Source: an uncultured Candidatus Poseidoniales archaeon
GTDB lineage: Archaea > Thermoplasmatota > Poseidoniia > Poseidoniales > Thalassarchaeaceae
NCBI GenBank assembly: GCA_964570065.1
Contig: CAZMVZ010000002.1
Location: forward strand, 20,813-84,812
DNA: 64,000 nt
Reading direction: 5' to 3'
Part shown: piece by piece, positions 62,996 through 64,000 of the stretch
Layout: every line of letters starts with the position of its first letter
Numbering within the stretch: position 1 is the first letter of the stretch
Made by a program: the position numbers and the translations under genes
The notes under the pieces: model-generated
What the model saw: the letters and a program-made list of their open reading frames with translations, nothing else
Database searches by the model: none
What the model was told of the DNA's origin: nothing

Positions 62996-64000
62996 GTGAA
63001 AGACGTGCCTCGTGTGTCTTCCCGGTTCGAGGGACTGGGTGTTGGTTTCGCCCCCTATCTGCAGCCCCCTGGGGCGGGAGTGGTCAGATGGACCGTGGGA
63101 GAGCCCGGTTTCGACACGCCGTCCCCGATCATCGATGCTGCAATCAGCGGACTCGAGGAAGGGAAGACGAAGTACACGAGGGGAGCTGGTTCGATGGACC
63201 TCTGCGAGGCCGTGTCGGGCTACCTCAGGAAGCACCATGGCATCGAGGCCCCTGCTGAAGACATCGTCGTGACCCCGGGAGCGAAGCAGGCTCTGCTCTA
63301 CTCCTTCCTGATTACGACCATGCCCGGTGACGAGGCGATTTTGCTTTCTCCTTCGTGGGCATCCTACGAGCCTATGCTGGAGTTCATCGGTGCGAAACCA
63401 GTTCACGTAAAGGTGAACATGGAAAACTTCCATCCTGATTTGGATGCAATCAGGGAAGCGATAACGGACAAGACCACGATGATCCTGGTCAACTCGCCTT
63501 GCAACCCCACAGGTGCGGTCTTCACTCCCGAGGAGATTGCTGGGATAGTTGATATCGCAGTCGAGCATGACCTCTGGATAGTTTCTGATGAGATATACGG
63601 GCGAATGATCTGGGTCGACTGGCCGCACGTTTCCCCCTCGACCCTGTCGGGAGGGAAAGAAAGGACCATCGTGATCAACGGATGGTCCAAGTCATGGGCA
63701 ATGACCGGCATGCGAGTCGGATTCCTCACTGGCCCTAGCGAGGCGATGAAGGCTGCCGTGAAGAGCCAGGCAAACTCCGCCTCGCACATCCCTACATTCA
63801 TGATGGATGCAGCCAGGGTTGCTCTGGAATGCGAAGACTCGGTTTTGGAATTCAACGAAGAGTATCTCAAGAGGAGGAAGATGATGATGGAAGGTTTGGA
63901 CTCCCTGCCTGGAATAAGGGTCCCCGAGCCCGAGGGGGCCTTCTACGTCTTCGCGGATGTGACTGGCACAGGGATGAGTGACGTAGAGTTCGCAGATGGG
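62996..64000 (+). CDS. Class I/II (aspartate-type) aminotransferase; the 3' end runs off the window
   Basis: This gene is absent from the ORF track because the frame has no stop before nt 64000. My manual translation gives 'VGEPGFDTPSPIIDAA', 'KYTRGAG', 'LVNSPCNPTGAVF' and 'INGWSKSWAMTGMRVGF' (PLP Lys). GTG 62996 ('MKDVPRV') or GTG 62984 is the likely start, after the in-frame TGA at 62981. Confidence 0.85.
   Translation, partial: MKDVPRVSSRFEGLGVGFAPYLQPPGAGVVRWTVGEPGFDTPSPIIDAAISGLEEGKTKYTRGAGSMDLCEAVSGYLRKHHGIEAPAEDIVVTPGAKQALLYSFLITTMPGDEAILLSPSWASYEPMLEFIGAKPVHVKVNMENFHPDLDAIREAITDKTTMILVNSPCNPTGAVFTPEEIAGIVDIAVEHDLWIVSDEIYGRMIWVDWPHVSPSTLSGGKERTIVINGWSKSWAMTGMRVGFLTGPSEAMKAAVKSQANSASHIPTFMMDAARVALECEDSVLEFNEEYLKRRKMMMEGLDSLPGIRVPEPEGAFYVFADVTGTGMSDVEFADG

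Noticed and set aside
62936-63870. Minus-strand ORFs 62936..63628 (230 aa) and 63403..63870 (155 aa), and short plus-strand ORFs at 62917 and 63012.
   Set aside because: The third plus-strand frame, absent from the track because it has no stop before the window end, encodes an unmistakable class I aminotransferase (NPTG and SKS-AMTG-R motifs). The listed ORFs are antisense or off-frame shadows.
1-64000. I scanned for CRISPR arrays, rRNA genes, transposases, integrases, phage genes, toxin-antitoxin pairs and long direct or inverted repeats.
   Set aside because: I found no regularly spaced repeats, no rRNA-like sequence, and no recombinase, transposase or capsid-like translations. The only notable DNA-level duplications are the archaellin 5' regions and the 17-nt motif inside the candidate ncRNA. 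The tRNA-Cys has no adjacent integrase, so there is no evidence of an integrated element.

Overview
This is a 64-kb, densely packed archaeal chromosomal segment with about 60 genes. Archaeal hallmarks include uS4-uS11-RpoD, the DNA polymerase D large subunit, PriL, Pcc1, pantoate kinase with phosphopantothenate synthetase, and an archaellum operon. The proteins are conspicuously acidic. Bacterial-type genes (homodimeric AceE, class II fumarase, M32 carboxypeptidase) sit among the archaeal core. That mix fits a planktonic marine euryarchaeote of the Poseidoniales/MG-II kind, but this placement is inference only. Housekeeping genes flank a roughly 16-kb surface and motility block (32.6-49.2 kb). 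On the minus strand this block reads: a 1,718-aa CARDB-repeat giant protein, a coupled 347-aa protein, two archaellins, an unassigned 270-aa protein, then FlaF-, FlaG-, FlaH-, FlaI-, FlaJ-like genes and a preflagellin peptidase. A divergent twin DUF2135-like membrane protein lies next to it. The most unusual feature is a 0.6-kb ORF-free, purine-skewed, hairpin-dense interval (about 24.88-25.48 kb). It carries strand-specific UUCG and GNRA tetraloops and an internal 17-nt repeat, and I interpret it as a large structured ncRNA that I cannot assign to a family. Other items worth a second look are a translationally coupled winged-helix protein plus atypical (RPPW) Eco57I-like methyltransferase plus THEP1-like NTPase trio, an RHH-fumarase fusion, a CDIN1/C15orf41-like TPD-motif nuclease with a poly-Arg head, a wHTH-STAND ATPase, and a tRNA-Cys with a non-canonical elbow. 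I saw no rRNA, CRISPR array, transposase or integrase. All functional calls rest on motif recognition from the supplied translations; no database search was run.
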